A stretch of 64,000 nt of DNA from a virus (lineage: Duplodnaviria; Caudoviricetes). The stretch lies in the IMG/VR virus record IMGVR_UViG_3300042367_000196, positions 1,998 through 65,997 of that record; one strand, given 5' to 3'. The first letter of the stretch is position 1, and every line of letters starts with the position of its first letter. The translations under genes and the position numbers were made by a program. This document shows, piece by piece, positions 14,980 through 25,871 of this stretch. The notes under the pieces were generated by a model, which did no database searches, had not been told where the DNA came from, and saw nothing but the letters and a program-made list of their open reading frames with translations.

Positions 14980-16461
14980 ATGCCAAGAATAAGAACATAC
15001 GGTACTGACTCCGTAATACAAGATGCAGACCTATTATTAGGGTCTGACTCGTTATACCAATTTGAGACCGTTAACTTCTCGGTAGGAGCAATTAAATCTC
15101 ATATATTAACATCGACAGCATTGGCATACGTTCCGTATACAGGAGCAACCGGTGATATTAATATAGGGGCTAATTCTATATATACATTAGGTGGCGCAAA
15201 GTTATGGGATGATGGTACCGTTGAAGGTATGACCTTCCAATTTGTCAACGCATCAAACTCGTATATAAGTGCGTCTGCTACTGCGACTAGAAACTGGCAA
15301 TTACCTAATCAGTCTGGTACAATAGCCTTGTTAAGCGATATTAGTGCTGCTAATACTTTAAACGACGTACTAACAAGTGGAAACTCATCATTGATTGCCG
15401 CAAATGTTGGATCAATAGGATTAACTGATTCATTTAATAGCTATGCGTATGGTCGCGTTGAGGGCAGCAAGAGCAGAATTAATTTTTTCGGTTCCACCTC
15501 AGGATATTTAGGGTATATTGGACTAAATACTTTGTCTTTATTATCGCCAGCAGGAGGATTCCAAATATCTATAAAAGGGCCTGATGCTTTAACGGCAAAT
15601 AGGACAGTTAAGTTCCAAGATAAAGATGGGGTTGTTGCTTATATGGATGATATTCCGCCTGGACCAATAACAACTCCTACATTGAATGATGTTTTAACCG
15701 CAGGTAATACATCTGTTGTAGATGCAAATGTTGGTAATGAATTTGGTATATACGACCCAGTTGGACTTGACTATGCAAAGATAAGTGTAGCTGATAGAGC
15801 TTTCACGTTTACAGACTGGCAACTTGATAAATCAGTATATTTTGAACAAGGTTTATTAGCACTATATAAAACAAACGCAATAAACGGAACTCTACGCGCA
15901 ACATTACTTACAGCTAGTAGAGATTATAACTTACCTAATGCTTCTGGAACTATTGCTTTAACAGCAGATATACCGGCTGCACAAGTAAATTCAGATTGGA
16001 ACGAAACAAATACAGCTAGTAAAGCTTTTATATTAAATAAGCCTTCTATCATGACTACGCCAGTTGATACAACGTACTTGGTACAAGGAGGAACAGCTGG
16101 GGTGCAACCTACTTTTAATGGGCAACCATTATTTACTGCAAGTTATGTACAAACAGGCGATTTAATATTTTTTCGTATTAATGTAGCTATGACAAACATT
16201 ACTAGCTTTGGAACAGGGCAATATTATATGACATTGCCATTTAACGCAAAATATGATATGATAGTTTCTTCAGGGCACTTAAATGACAATTCAGCAAACG
16301 ACAACTACCAATTGTCGGGTGAAATTACTGCAGGATCTAATGTAATGTGGTTATACTATATTGGATCAAATTCGCAATTAGCAGCGTTTGATTATAATTC
16401 ACCTAAAGTATTGGACTTGAATGACTATTTCCACATTTCAGGCTCATACATTAAACAATAG
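14980..16461 (+). CDS. Putative tail fibre/structural protein
   Basis: Repeated TLNDVLTxGN and LPNxSGTIAL fibre-like modules. Confidence 0.7.
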   Translation: MPRIRTYGTDSVIQDADLLLGSDSLYQFETVNFSVGAIKSHILTSTALAYVPYTGATGDINIGANSIYTLGGAKLWDDGTVEGMTFQFVNASNSYISASATATRNWQLPNQSGTIALLSDISAANTLNDVLTSGNSSLIAANVGSIGLTDSFNSYAYGRVEGSKSRINFFGSTSGYLGYIGLNTLSLLSPAGGFQISIKGPDALTANRTVKFQDKDGVVAYMDDIPPGPITTPTLNDVLTAGNTSVVDANVGNEFGIYDPVGLDYAKISVADRAFTFTDWQLDKSVYFEQGLLALYKTNAINGTLRATLLTASRDYNLPNASGTIALTADIPAAQVNSDWNETNTASKAFILNKPSIMTTPVDTTYLVQGGTAGVQPTFNGQPLFTASYVQTGDLIFFRINVAMTNITSFGTGQYYMTLPFNAKYDMIVSSGHLNDNSANDNYQLSGEITAGSNVMWLYYIGSNSQLAAFDYNSPKVLDLNDYFHISGSYIKQ

Positions 16462-16466
16462 TAGAT

Positions 16467-17177
16467 ATGGCAAGGATAAGCACGTATGCAATAGATAACA
16501 ATATAGATGGGCAGGATAAAGTGCTTGGATCAAACAGCGAAGGCCTTATCACAAAGAACTATACTTTTGATGGAATCGTTGCTTGGTTTAATGCAACAGG
16601 AGCTGTAGCTATAAATGAACAAAATAATTATTTTTTCCAGAGTGTCGCTACTGATACAGGACGATCTCAGGGAACAATAAGTTTTAATAATTTCGGCGGA
16701 GTAGGAACCGCATTCTCTGCAATAACAACATTTAAACTTGCTGAGCAATCATTAGCAGGTTATACACTTGAAGATTATTTGCCGGTATTAGTTGGCAACG
16801 AGGTCTTGATTGGGCAATTGGATAACTTGAATAATTTCGGGATATATAAAGTTGTCAGCATCGTAAGAGACTTGGTTGAAACTACGTTTTTTAACGTAAT
16901 ATTACAATACATAGAAGGACACGGATCTTTAGAGCTAGATAAGTTTTATGGATTGTCATTACATGCTAGTTTAGATAACGCTGATAAGAACTATGTATTC
17001 GTTCAAAGCGTACCCGCGACAGTATGGACAATAACACACAATCTAGGAAAATTTCCTTCAGTTAGCGTTGTGAATATAAATAATGTTACCATGTACGGTA
17101 ATGTGACGTATTTAAACGAGAACGAATTACAAATAGAGTTTTCAGCTGGTTTTTCTGGCAAAGCATATATGAACTAA
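16467..17177 (+). CDS. Putative virion structural protein
   Basis: N-terminal MARISTY resembles MPRIRTY of the upstream gene; C-terminal WTITHNLGKFPSVSVV module. Confidence 0.65.
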   Translation: MARISTYAIDNNIDGQDKVLGSNSEGLITKNYTFDGIVAWFNATGAVAINEQNNYFFQSVATDTGRSQGTISFNNFGGVGTAFSAITTFKLAEQSLAGYTLEDYLPVLVGNEVLIGQLDNLNNFGIYKVVSIVRDLVETTFFNVILQYIEGHGSLELDKFYGLSLHASLDNADKNYVFVQSVPATVWTITHNLGKFPSVSVVNINNVTMYGNVTYLNENELQIEFSAGFSGKAYMN

Positions 17178-17198
17178 GTAACCAAACAAAAATAGACA

Positions 17199-18731
17199 AT
17201 GGCAATTAATTTTTTAAATAGTGTTAATCTCAACCAAAACGAGCTAATAAAAGCTAGGGTTGAGAATCAGCCGAATAACACGGCAGCTGGAACCGGAGTA
17301 GAAGGGCAGCTTTACTACGATACAACATTAGACATCCTAAAGATATGGGCAAATGGCGCATGGACTGAAGTAGGTGGCGGTGTATTAAGTGTATCTACGA
17401 ACAACAGTACATTCGTTAACCTTACAAACGTAGGTACAGCGGTTAACCCATCTCTTACTGCTTCATTAAGTGCAACAGGCACACCTGACGCAACAAAGTA
17501 TTTAAGAGGTGATAATACTTGGTCTGCAATATCTGGTATATACGACTGGAATTTTGAAGGAGATACAGGTACACCAGAAAATGTAGTTTCTGGAGAAACA
17601 GTAAAATTTGTCGGTGGCACACTAATTGGCACTGCAGCTAGTATAAATAATACATTAACAATTAATCACGATTCTGTATCAAGATCGGATTCAACCTCAT
17701 CTGCATCGCCAGCTTTTGGTGGTACATTTACTGTTGTAGATAGTGTAACGAGTACTGCTCAAGGACACATTACTTCTTTAAACTTAAAGACAGTTACGTT
17801 ACCTACACCAACTCCGTCTACAATAACATTAACAGGAGAAGTTACTGGATCAGGTACAACATCAATTTCAACTACCGTAGCGAACAATGTATTAGATATT
17901 GATAACTTTACATTAGCTACAATTGTAACTGCTTCTGAAGGCATTGCAAATAACAATAACGATACAACATTACCAACAAGCGCGGCTGTTAAAGCGTACG
18001 TTGATTCTTCTGTAGCTGGTGGATTAGTATACCAAGGTGGATATAACGCAGCAACAAATACTCCCAACTTGGATTCGCCACCTACAATTGCAGGTATCAA
18101 AAAAGGTTGGACATATACTGTTACAGCAGACGGTACATTCTTTACAGAACAAGTTAGAATTGGCGATGTATTAATTGCTGAAATTGATGCACCTACTACA
18201 TTAGCAGATTGGACTACTGTTCAAAATAATATTGACTTAGCTAGTTTAACTCAAGTTGGTATTGGTAATGTAAATGCAAGTACTGGTATTGATGTTACAT
18301 ATTCTAACGGTACTGCGACTGTAACGAATACTGACAGAGGTTCTCAACAAAACATATTCAAAAATATTGCGGTATCGGGTCAATCAACTGTTGTTGCTGA
18401 TACTAATAATGATACTTTAACACTTGCTGCTGGAAACGGTATATCTATCATCACAGCAGACTTAACTGATACGATCACAATATCAGCATCAGAAGTTGGA
18501 AGATCATTTACAAATACAAACCCTACAACAAGTGCAACTTATACTATAAACTCTGCAACACACGGTTTAGGAACAGACTCATCTGTTATAATGGTACAGC
18601 TTGTTCAAGTTTCTACAGGAGAAACAATATTCAGTGATGTTACAAGAGGAGCATCTGGTTTAATAACAATAACATTTTCAACTTCTCAAGCAGCTGGCTC
18701 AATAAGAGCGTTGTTACAAAAGATTGGATAA
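17199..18731 (+). CDS. Putative tail fibre protein
   Basis: Thr/Ser/Gly-rich; LPTSAAVKAYVD, YQGGYNAATNTP and VVADTNNDTLTL fibre modules. Confidence 0.75.
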   Translation: MAINFLNSVNLNQNELIKARVENQPNNTAAGTGVEGQLYYDTTLDILKIWANGAWTEVGGGVLSVSTNNSTFVNLTNVGTAVNPSLTASLSATGTPDATKYLRGDNTWSAISGIYDWNFEGDTGTPENVVSGETVKFVGGTLIGTAASINNTLTINHDSVSRSDSTSSASPAFGGTFTVVDSVTSTAQGHITSLNLKTVTLPTPTPSTITLTGEVTGSGTTSISTTVANNVLDIDNFTLATIVTASEGIANNNNDTTLPTSAAVKAYVDSSVAGGLVYQGGYNAATNTPNLDSPPTIAGIKKGWTYTVTADGTFFTEQVRIGDVLIAEIDAPTTLADWTTVQNNIDLASLTQVGIGNVNASTGIDVTYSNGTATVTNTDRGSQQNIFKNIAVSGQSTVVADTNNDTLTLAAGNGISIITADLTDTITISASEVGRSFTNTNPTTSATYTINSATHGLGTDSSVIMVQLVQVSTGETIFSDVTRGASGLITITFSTSQAAGSIRALLQKIG

Positions 18732-18748
18732 TCTAATAAAAATTTAAT

Positions 18749-21700
18749 ATGGCTCAAAAGTTTTTAACCGAAATAACTTTGCAAGCTTTAAATAATGCCA
18801 CAACGGACACGGATAAATTTCTTGTGTCCGATAGTGGCACTATCAAGTTTAGAACTGGCACAGAAGTGTTGTCCGATATAGGAGGAGCGGCAGATGCTAA
18901 TGTTGTTCACAAAACAGGCAATGAATCAATAGCCGGTGTAAAAACATTTACTCAAGGTAACACAACATTTAGCAACGCTTCCAATAATACATTAGCGTTT
19001 ACAACTGGATCTGCGTCAACAGCAGAATTTGCAATAAATACAACATTTACGCAATTTACAAGTTACGGAAGTTTTGGTTATTTATTTAATGGCTATTCTG
19101 GTGGGCTAATGACTAACTTGCTCACTTTAGATCAATCTGGTAATGGTGTTTTTACTGCAAACGTAAGAGCAACCTCTTTTACCGATAAAGACAATACTTC
19201 GTACTACTTAAATCCAGCCGCTTTTTCGAACTTATATGATATAACAGCAAATACGTTTGTAAAGTCCGGCGGAACATCAGCTCAGTATTTAATGGCAGAT
19301 GGTAGTGTATCTACGGGTCCTTCATTAGCTGGATATGTTCCAACATCGCGAACATTAACTATAAATGGAGTAACATACGATTTGTCGGCAAATAGAAGCT
19401 GGACAGTATCAGTTACTGAAACAGACACGCTGCAAACAGTTACTTCAAGAGGAGCAACTACTAATTTAGCTATAACGGCTCCAAATTATATATTTAGCGG
19501 AGCAAGCACAGGGGCTATAGGATTAGTTACATCAACAAGTGCATTTGGAACACGAAGCACGGATGGAACAACTTACGGATATGGTGTTAGTACCAATATA
19601 TCTGGTGGATTAGATATAATGGCTAATCAATCTGGGCAACCAATACGATTCTGGTGTGGCACAACAAATGTTACGCCAATACAAAGAATGATAATATCTA
19701 ACGGCGATGTTACAGCAACTGATTCGTTTAGGGCTCCTATATTCTATGACTCAAATAATACAGTATATTATGTAGATCCAACAGCAACAAGTAATCTAGT
19801 AGGTTTAACTGTTGCAAATACAATAACTGGAAATATATCTGGGAATGCAACTTATGCAACTAATAGTACGAGGTTATATGCTTCGGATGGTACTTATGTA
19901 TATGGCGGTGCAAACCCGTATTACATGAGTATGAACTATAATAGCTCTGCAAATAGATGGAGACTATCAGTTACTCCAGCTACACCTACTAATGTTGAAG
20001 TAGCTTATGCAGATTCATCTGGCTCTGCTTACGGTTCTAATAGTCTTTACATTACTGGTTATGGCTCGTCTAATATGACATATTACCAAGGGGCTGGAAC
20101 ATTTGCTGGATATTCAGGATGGGCTGGTTATCTTATATCAAACCACGGCGATGGAGCCACATATTATAATCAAACTATTATTACTCCTTTTTGGGGTAGA
20201 CCACAATATTCTAGACAGCAGGGAAATACAACAATATATGGACCATACACATTTTGGACAAGCGAAGATACTATAACATCATCATATAATATATCTGCCC
20301 CTGTATTTCAGGATTATAATAATACGGGTTATTATATAGACCCTGCTAGTTCAAGCAACATAGATTCTATAACTACAACTAGAACAAGAGCAATAAGATC
20401 GCAATCAGACGGAGATTATACAACAGCCGCTTTGTGGACAGAGTCTTATAGTACAACTACAACCGGTATTGCTTTTCATATTAGTGGCACAGTAGGTAAG
20501 TTTTTAGAAATGAGAACAAATGGGGTGTTATATTGGAATGGCGATATTCTATTAAACTCAAGCAATTACACTTCATACGCTGTACCAGCAACAAGAACGC
20601 TTACAATCAATGGTACAACTTACGATTTGTCAGCAAATAGAAGCTGGACCGTTAGTGCAGGCGCAGCTGATTTTAATACACTTACCAACAAAACTGGAGG
20701 CACTGGCACATATCAAACATCAGGAGACTTTAGAGCACCTATATTTTATGACTCTAACGACACAACATATTATTTAGATCCTAACAATACAACAACAGCC
20801 GCTAATTTAGCAGGAAAGGTTCAGATTAACTATGGGGCATCGTCTGGTACGCCAATATTTCAGGCCACTGGTTCTTACGGAACAATGTCATTAAACACCT
20901 ATTATGGAGTATTCCATACATCCGGTGATTTTTATATAGGTAATCCAGCTGGGGGCGCTGCTAACTTAACTGGAGCACAAGCCAATTTTAATCTTTTTTC
21001 AGATAGAAATAACTCTGCTTATTACGCGGATCCTTCAGCTACATCAAACTTTGTTGGATTAACTGTAGCAAATACAATAAGTGGAAATATAACAGGAAAT
21101 GCTGGAACTGTATCGACTATTACTAATAGAACAAATCTAATGGTAAATAGTTTAGCTGCACCTGCTCTTATTGATAGTTTAACCACAGCTAATTTCAGAA
21201 GTACTTTATTTGGCACAACATCTAATGGCTATCAAATATCAACAGCAAGATGGAATACTACACCGTCTGTATTAAGTGGATTAACTCCATATAGTACAAT
21301 GATAGCTTGGGCCGGAAGCGATACACAAGGGTTTTTAGCAATGGACTATAGCTCGCCAGCAGCTAGAGTAGGGGGCGGTAATGGGAATAATATAAACTGG
21401 ACAAGGAGAGTCCTTTTAGAAGACGCTTGGACTAATAGCAAATACTTTAGCTCAGGCGGAGAAATATATGCTCCTGTGTTTTACGACGCCAACGACTCAA
21501 GTTTTTACTTTGATGGTGCAAATACCGGTGATTCTATCAGGGTAGCAGGCGATATTGTCGCATATTATTCCGACGAAAGACTTAAAGATAAAAAAGGAAA
21601 TATTGAAAACGCATTAGAAAAAGTATTATCTTTGAATGGTTTTTATTATGAGCCAAACGAAACCGCACAAGCTTTTGGATATAAAAAGAAATTAGAAGTT

Positions 21701-21883
21701 GGTGTATCGGCACAAGAGGTTGAAGCTGTATTACCAGAATTAATTAAAGATGCTCCAATAGGTAGAGGATATAAAACTTTAGATTATGGTAAATTAACAC
21801 CACTATTGATAGAAGCAGTAAAAGAACAACAAAAACAAATAGAAGAATTAAAAGAATTAGTAAACAAATTAATAAATAAATAA
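18749..21883 (+). CDS. Long tail fibre with C-terminal intramolecular chaperone (peptidase S74)
   Basis: YYSDERLK...ALEKVLSLNG...VGVSAQEVEAVLPE...LDYGKLTPLLIEAVKE plus coiled coil; internal repeats. Confidence 0.88.
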   Translation: MAQKFLTEITLQALNNATTDTDKFLVSDSGTIKFRTGTEVLSDIGGAADANVVHKTGNESIAGVKTFTQGNTTFSNASNNTLAFTTGSASTAEFAINTTFTQFTSYGSFGYLFNGYSGGLMTNLLTLDQSGNGVFTANVRATSFTDKDNTSYYLNPAAFSNLYDITANTFVKSGGTSAQYLMADGSVSTGPSLAGYVPTSRTLTINGVTYDLSANRSWTVSVTETDTLQTVTSRGATTNLAITAPNYIFSGASTGAIGLVTSTSAFGTRSTDGTTYGYGVSTNISGGLDIMANQSGQPIRFWCGTTNVTPIQRMIISNGDVTATDSFRAPIFYDSNNTVYYVDPTATSNLVGLTVANTITGNISGNATYATNSTRLYASDGTYVYGGANPYYMSMNYNSSANRWRLSVTPATPTNVEVAYADSSGSAYGSNSLYITGYGSSNMTYYQGAGTFAGYSGWAGYLISNHGDGATYYNQTIITPFWGRPQYSRQQGNTTIYGPYTFWTSEDTITSSYNISAPVFQDYNNTGYYIDPASSSNIDSITTTRTRAIRSQSDGDYTTAALWTESYSTTTTGIAFHISGTVGKFLEMRTNGVLYWNGDILLNSSNYTSYAVPATRTLTINGTTYDLSANRSWTVSAGAADFNTLTNKTGGTGTYQTSGDFRAPIFYDSNDTTYYLDPNNTTTAANLAGKVQINYGASSGTPIFQATGSYGTMSLNTYYGVFHTSGDFYIGNPAGGAANLTGAQANFNLFSDRNNSAYYADPSATSNFVGLTVANTISGNITGNAGTVSTITNRTNLMVNSLAAPALIDSLTTANFRSTLFGTTSNGYQISTARWNTTPSVLSGLTPYSTMIAWAGSDTQGFLAMDYSSPAARVGGGNGNNINWTRRVLLEDAWTNSKYFSSGGEIYAPVFYDANDSSFYFDGANTGDSIRVAGDIVAYYSDERLKDKKGNIENALEKVLSLNGFYYEPNETAQAFGYKKKLEVGVSAQEVEAVLPELIKDAPIGRGYKTLDYGKLTPLLIEAVKEQQKQIEELKELVNKLINK

Positions 21884-21888
21884 AAGTT

Positions 21889-22260
21889 ATGCAATACACT
21901 TGGGAAGTAACAGACATGAAAACACTTAACGCTGATGGCGTTGAAAATGCTGTAGTACAAACTTATTGGAAAAAAACAGGAACTAACGACAAAGGAGTAG
22001 AAGGAGTGTTCTCTGGAGCAACACCATTTCCTATTTCTTCAATCAATCCTGAAGATTTTATTCCTTACGATCAGTTAACAGAGGAAATTGTTCTTGGATG
22101 GATTCAAGCGGTTGTTGTTGGATCTTATGAGGAGCACGTTAATGCTCAAATTCAAAAGCAAATTGACGCTAAGAATATTCAAGATCCAGGATTACCTTGG
22201 GCTACACCTCCGACACCTGTTGTACCACCAGAACCAAATACAGACGCTCCAATAAAGTAA
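21889..22260 (+). CDS. Tail-fibre-associated hypothetical protein
   Basis: FIPYDQLTEEIVLGWI...LPW motif; follows the S74 fibre gene. Confidence 0.6.
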   Translation: MQYTWEVTDMKTLNADGVENAVVQTYWKKTGTNDKGVEGVFSGATPFPISSINPEDFIPYDQLTEEIVLGWIQAVVVGSYEEHVNAQIQKQIDAKNIQDPGLPWATPPTPVVPPEPNTDAPIK

Positions 22261-22264
22261 TATT

Positions 22265-22699
22265 ATGCCGGAACCATTACCATCACCAGGATCACCAATA
22301 TCTATAAACCAGATCCGTAATTATTATGGTCAATCGACTGGATCGTTACGAGCGTTAAGTAATATTGCTGGGCTTTCAACTCCTGATGCAATGTCAGAGT
22401 TTTATTCAGGTGGAGGTGGGCTAAATTTGTTTTTCATTAGCTTTGGCGTTAATGACCCAAATAAAATTTGTATTGACAATCCATCAGGCTGTACTCCAAC
22501 TTGGCATAATGGATCAAGCGCTTTGCCGGATTTAGGCGATACAGTTTATACGGACGCAAGTGGAACAACACGATTATCTCCATTTAAAAGCAATGTATTT
22601 TTTGGTATGACTCTTACAGAATGTGAATCCACATATTTATGGTTTAAAATAGCCAGTGACGGGTCAGGTGTTGTAATTGATCTAGGATCGTGTTTTTAA
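22265..22699 (+). CDS. Hypothetical tail-associated protein
   Basis: LPSPGSPISINQI...MSEFY N-terminal motif of fibre-tip/adhesin type. Confidence 0.55.
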   Translation: MPEPLPSPGSPISINQIRNYYGQSTGSLRALSNIAGLSTPDAMSEFYSGGGGLNLFFISFGVNDPNKICIDNPSGCTPTWHNGSSALPDLGDTVYTDASGTTRLSPFKSNVFFGMTLTECESTYLWFKIASDGSGVVIDLGSCF

Positions 22700-22718
22700 T
22701 AAAGTAAATTAATATATA

Positions 22719-22919
22719 ATGAGTAATAAAGAAAAAGTAGATTTATTCCTTAGCAAATGGGTAAGCAGAAAGCTAACTGTTTTTGCGATTGCATCAGCAG
22801 GTTTGTTTTCAGCTAAGCTTGATGGAGACAACTGGACAATAGTAGCTACAATGTATATCGCTGTAGAAGGAGCAACCTCAATCGTAGAACGTTTAATGAA
22901 AGCTAAAACACAACAATAA
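22719..22919 (+). CDS. Putative holin or small membrane protein
   Basis: SRKL followed by two hydrophobic segments; coupled to the lipoprotein gene. Confidence 0.5.
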   Translation: MSNKEKVDLFLSKWVSRKLTVFAIASAGLFSAKLDGDNWTIVATMYIAVEGATSIVERLMKAKTQQ

Positions 22920-23407
22920 TGAAAAAAATATTATTAATACTATTATTGATACTTACAAGTTGTGGTTCACGCAAGGTAGCTATTGAGAAAACAAGTATAA
23001 AGAAAGACAGTGTTGTTGAAACAAAGGTAGCTGTAGTAACTTTAGAGAATAAAGAGAAGACCGATTCTACAAATATAATCACAACAACTGATACTGACGA
23101 AATAGTTATCACTCCAATTGATACATGCAAGGATATTGTAGTTGATGGCAAGATTTATAAAAACGTCATTTTAAGGATCAAAAAAACGAAGTCTAATACT
23201 TCATATACAAATAAAAAGAAAGAGTCAGAAACAAAGCTTAAAGACTCCGTGGCGACTATTAAAGCTGTTAAGACAGAGCAATCAGAATCAAAATCCAAAC
23301 ATATTCACAAATCAGCTAGCTATAGCTGGATTATTTGGTTACTTTTATTAATATTAATATTATACGTATTATGGCGAAACAGACGACGGTTGCTAATAGG
23401 ATTGTAA
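22919..23407 (+). CDS. Lipoprotein with C-terminal TM helix (candidate unimolecular spanin)
   Basis: MKKILLILLLILTS-C lipobox; C-terminal WIIWLLLLILILYVLW followed by RNRRR. Confidence 0.6.
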   Translation: MKKILLILLLILTSCGSRKVAIEKTSIKKDSVVETKVAVVTLENKEKTDSTNIITTTDTDEIVITPIDTCKDIVVDGKIYKNVILRIKKTKSNTSYTNKKKESETKLKDSVATIKAVKTEQSESKSKHIHKSASYSWIIWLLLLILILYVLWRNRRRLLIGL

Positions 23408-23505
23408 AGAATGTATCAAGACCAGGGGTTCATGCTAAAACTAAAACCTCAAAAATGAAAAATTCAAAACTTTACAAGAAGGCTTATAAAGGCCAAGGCA
23501 AATAA
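23371..23505 (+). CDS. Small basic protein (44 aa, below the ORF-track cutoff)
   Basis: MAKQTTVANRIVKNVSRPGVHAKTKTSKMKNSKLYKKAYKGQGK. Confidence 0.6.
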   Translation: MAKQTTVANRIVKNVSRPGVHAKTKTSKMKNSKLYKKAYKGQGK

Positions 23506-23573
23506 AATTAAATATAGTTACTTACCACGTAATAATGTAATTATAAAAATCAAATACACTTAAATATAATAAA

Positions 23574-25166
23574 ATGGAATTTAATTTACCAAGTCAAATT
23601 GTAAAAGACTTAAACTTCGGTGACGAAGCTAAGAGCAGAATAATGAATGGCGTCGAAAAATTAGCAAACGCAGTAAAGAGCACATTAGGTGCGTCTGGTA
23701 AATGCGTAATATACGAGGACGCTATGGGTAGACCGGTGATAACAAAAGACGGTGTAACCGTTGCAGAAAGCGTAGTCTTAATAGATCCGGTCGAAAATAT
23801 AGGAGCAACTTTAATTAAAGAAGCTGCCGCAAACACAGTAAGGGAAGCTGGAGATGGTACTACTACCGCAACAGTTTTAGCTTATTCGCTATTAAAAAAT
23901 CTTAGTGATTATAATGGCGAAGAAAAAGCAAGAGATATAAGACAAGGCATATCTGATTGTTCAGAGGAAATTATGACTTATTTACAAGGCATTAGTGTTC
24001 CAGTTGAAGGGGATATGTTAAAACAAGTTGCTTACATTAGTTGTAATAACGATAAGGAATTAGGAGATAAAATTGGTGAAGCTTTTGAAAGAGTAGGACA
24101 CAACGGTGTTGTATTAATGGAAGATTCAGAAACTAACGAAACTTATGTTGACTTTGTTGAAGGTACTCAGTTTGAGTCTGGTTTAAAATCACCGCACTTA
24201 ATTACTGACAAAGATAAAGGGACAGCTGTATTGGATAATCCATACGTGTTAATAGTTAGTTCACCAATTCCAAATATAAGAAGAATTCAAAGCATATTAG
24301 AGCACATCGTTAAAACAAAACGTAGCTTATTAATTATTGCTTCTGTAGAACAACAACCTTATGCTACGTTATTAGCTAATAAAGTAAAAGGTAATATTAA
24401 AGTAAATATTGTAGATTTACCAGGATTTGGTCCAACTAAACAAGACGCGATTGAAGACTTAGCTATCTTAACTGGAGCTAAAGTCATTAACGAAGAGTTA
24501 GGAGACGACTTAGATCTTATTGATATAGAAGTATTAGGAGAAGCAATTAAATCCGTTACGGACTCTAAAAACACAATTTTGCAGATTCAAAACGTTAATG
24601 AAGATCTTGACGAAAGAATAAAAGACGTTGAAGCAAAAATTGCTAAAGAAACAAACGGATATATTAAGAAAAAATTAGAACAGCGTTTATCAACATTAAC
24701 TGGTAAAGTTGGTGTTATATATGTTGGAGCAGATTCAGCTGTTGAGCTTAAAGAAAAGAAAGACAGGGTTGATGACGCATTGCATGCAACTAAAGCAGCA
24801 TTAGCCGAAGGTATTGTTCCAGGAGGAGGAGTAGCTTTATTAAATGCTTCACAAATTATATATCCACATAACGATGGTTATAAACTTTTGTTAGATGCAA
24901 TTCAAGCACCTTATTATACCATATTAAAAAATGCAGGTTACGATGATACCCTTAATCCAAAAGATTTCGTAGAGTCTAACCCAGAATTAGAAGATAGAGA
25001 TTGGGAAGGCGTTGGTGTTGATGCAACTTGCGGTTGTTATAAAAATATGGTTGACAATGGTATTATTGATCCAGTATTAGTTACAAAGTCTGCATTAAAG
25101 AATGCAATTAGTGTAGCCACTACAATAACGTCAGCTGATTGTATAATTTCAAATATGAGAAGCTAA
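23574..25166 (+). CDS. groEL: Chaperonin GroEL (phage-encoded)
   Basis: AVKSTLG, ITKDGVTVA, AGDGTTTATVLA, GIVPGGGVAL and GIIDP motifs; no GGM tail. Confidence 0.97.
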   Translation: MEFNLPSQIVKDLNFGDEAKSRIMNGVEKLANAVKSTLGASGKCVIYEDAMGRPVITKDGVTVAESVVLIDPVENIGATLIKEAAANTVREAGDGTTTATVLAYSLLKNLSDYNGEEKARDIRQGISDCSEEIMTYLQGISVPVEGDMLKQVAYISCNNDKELGDKIGEAFERVGHNGVVLMEDSETNETYVDFVEGTQFESGLKSPHLITDKDKGTAVLDNPYVLIVSSPIPNIRRIQSILEHIVKTKRSLLIIASVEQQPYATLLANKVKGNIKVNIVDLPGFGPTKQDAIEDLAILTGAKVINEELGDDLDLIDIEVLGEAIKSVTDSKNTILQIQNVNEDLDERIKDVEAKIAKETNGYIKKKLEQRLSTLTGKVGVIYVGADSAVELKEKKDRVDDALHATKAALAEGIVPGGGVALLNASQIIYPHNDGYKLLLDAIQAPYYTILKNAGYDDTLNPKDFVESNPELEDRDWEGVGVDATCGCYKNMVDNGIIDPVLVTKSALKNAISVATTITSADCIISNMRS

Positions 25167-25423
25167 TGCAAGCAGTAAACCATTTTATAGTTATACAGAA
25201 GATTAAAGAAGCGCCTAAAACAATTGGTGGTATGGAAATTACCGAAAGCCAAAACAATGACGTTAGGTACTTAAAGGGTAAAGTAATAAGTGTTGGAAAC
25301 AAAATTGATTTCTTAAAAGAAGGAGATATTATTAGATACGACAAACATGCTGGTCATGGTATCGAATGGAACGATGAACTTTACTTTGTTATAAATATTG
25401 GTGATGTAGTTATTGTAGAATGA
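25166..25423 (+). CDS. groES: Co-chaperonin GroES
   Basis: MQAVNHFIVI...TIGGMEI...GKVISVG...LKEGDII; ATG overlaps the groEL stop (TAATG). Confidence 0.85.
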   Translation: MQAVNHFIVIQKIKEAPKTIGGMEITESQNNDVRYLKGKVISVGNKIDFLKEGDIIRYDKHAGHGIEWNDELYFVINIGDVVIVE

Positions 25424-25860
25424 GAATCACACCAAGAGATTTAAGAGATATGAATTTATTTAAGTATTATAGGCTCGTTCGTAAATGGGCCTGTAAAACT
25501 TACGATCTCACAGATGCCGATTTGGAATTATTGATTTATTTAGATTGCAAAGTGCATTTTACACGTAATGATTTCATAGATGGTGCTTATACATATTCTT
25601 GGGATAAAGCCCGATGGGAAAGATTAAGGAGAAAAGGTTGGATTGATATATGGAGAGCTAGGAATAGAACGACAATGAAATACAATGTTTACCAGACTTC
25701 TCAAAAGTGCAAAAGATTAATAACAAGAATGTACGGTATATTATTAGGTGAAGAAGATTTACCTACATCAACAAAAAGTAAATTTTATAAAAACAAAACA
25801 TATACAGATAAAGTTTTCAATAAAGCTATTGACGATATGATTAGAGATAACGAAAGATAA
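25420..25860 (+). CDS. Hypothetical protein (possible winged helix)
   Basis: ORF track; LTDADLELLIYL...WERLRRKGWI. Confidence 0.6.
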   Translation: MRITPRDLRDMNLFKYYRLVRKWACKTYDLTDADLELLIYLDCKVHFTRNDFIDGAYTYSWDKARWERLRRKGWIDIWRARNRTTMKYNVYQTSQKCKRLITRMYGILLGEEDLPTSTKSKFYKNKTYTDKVFNKAIDDMIRDNER

Positions 25861-25871
25861 AAACAAATATT

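Noticed and set aside
18749-21883. Diversity-generating retroelement acting on the tail fibre
   Set aside because: No reverse transcriptase in the window; the repeats are in-frame modules without an evident adenine-specific mismatch pattern.
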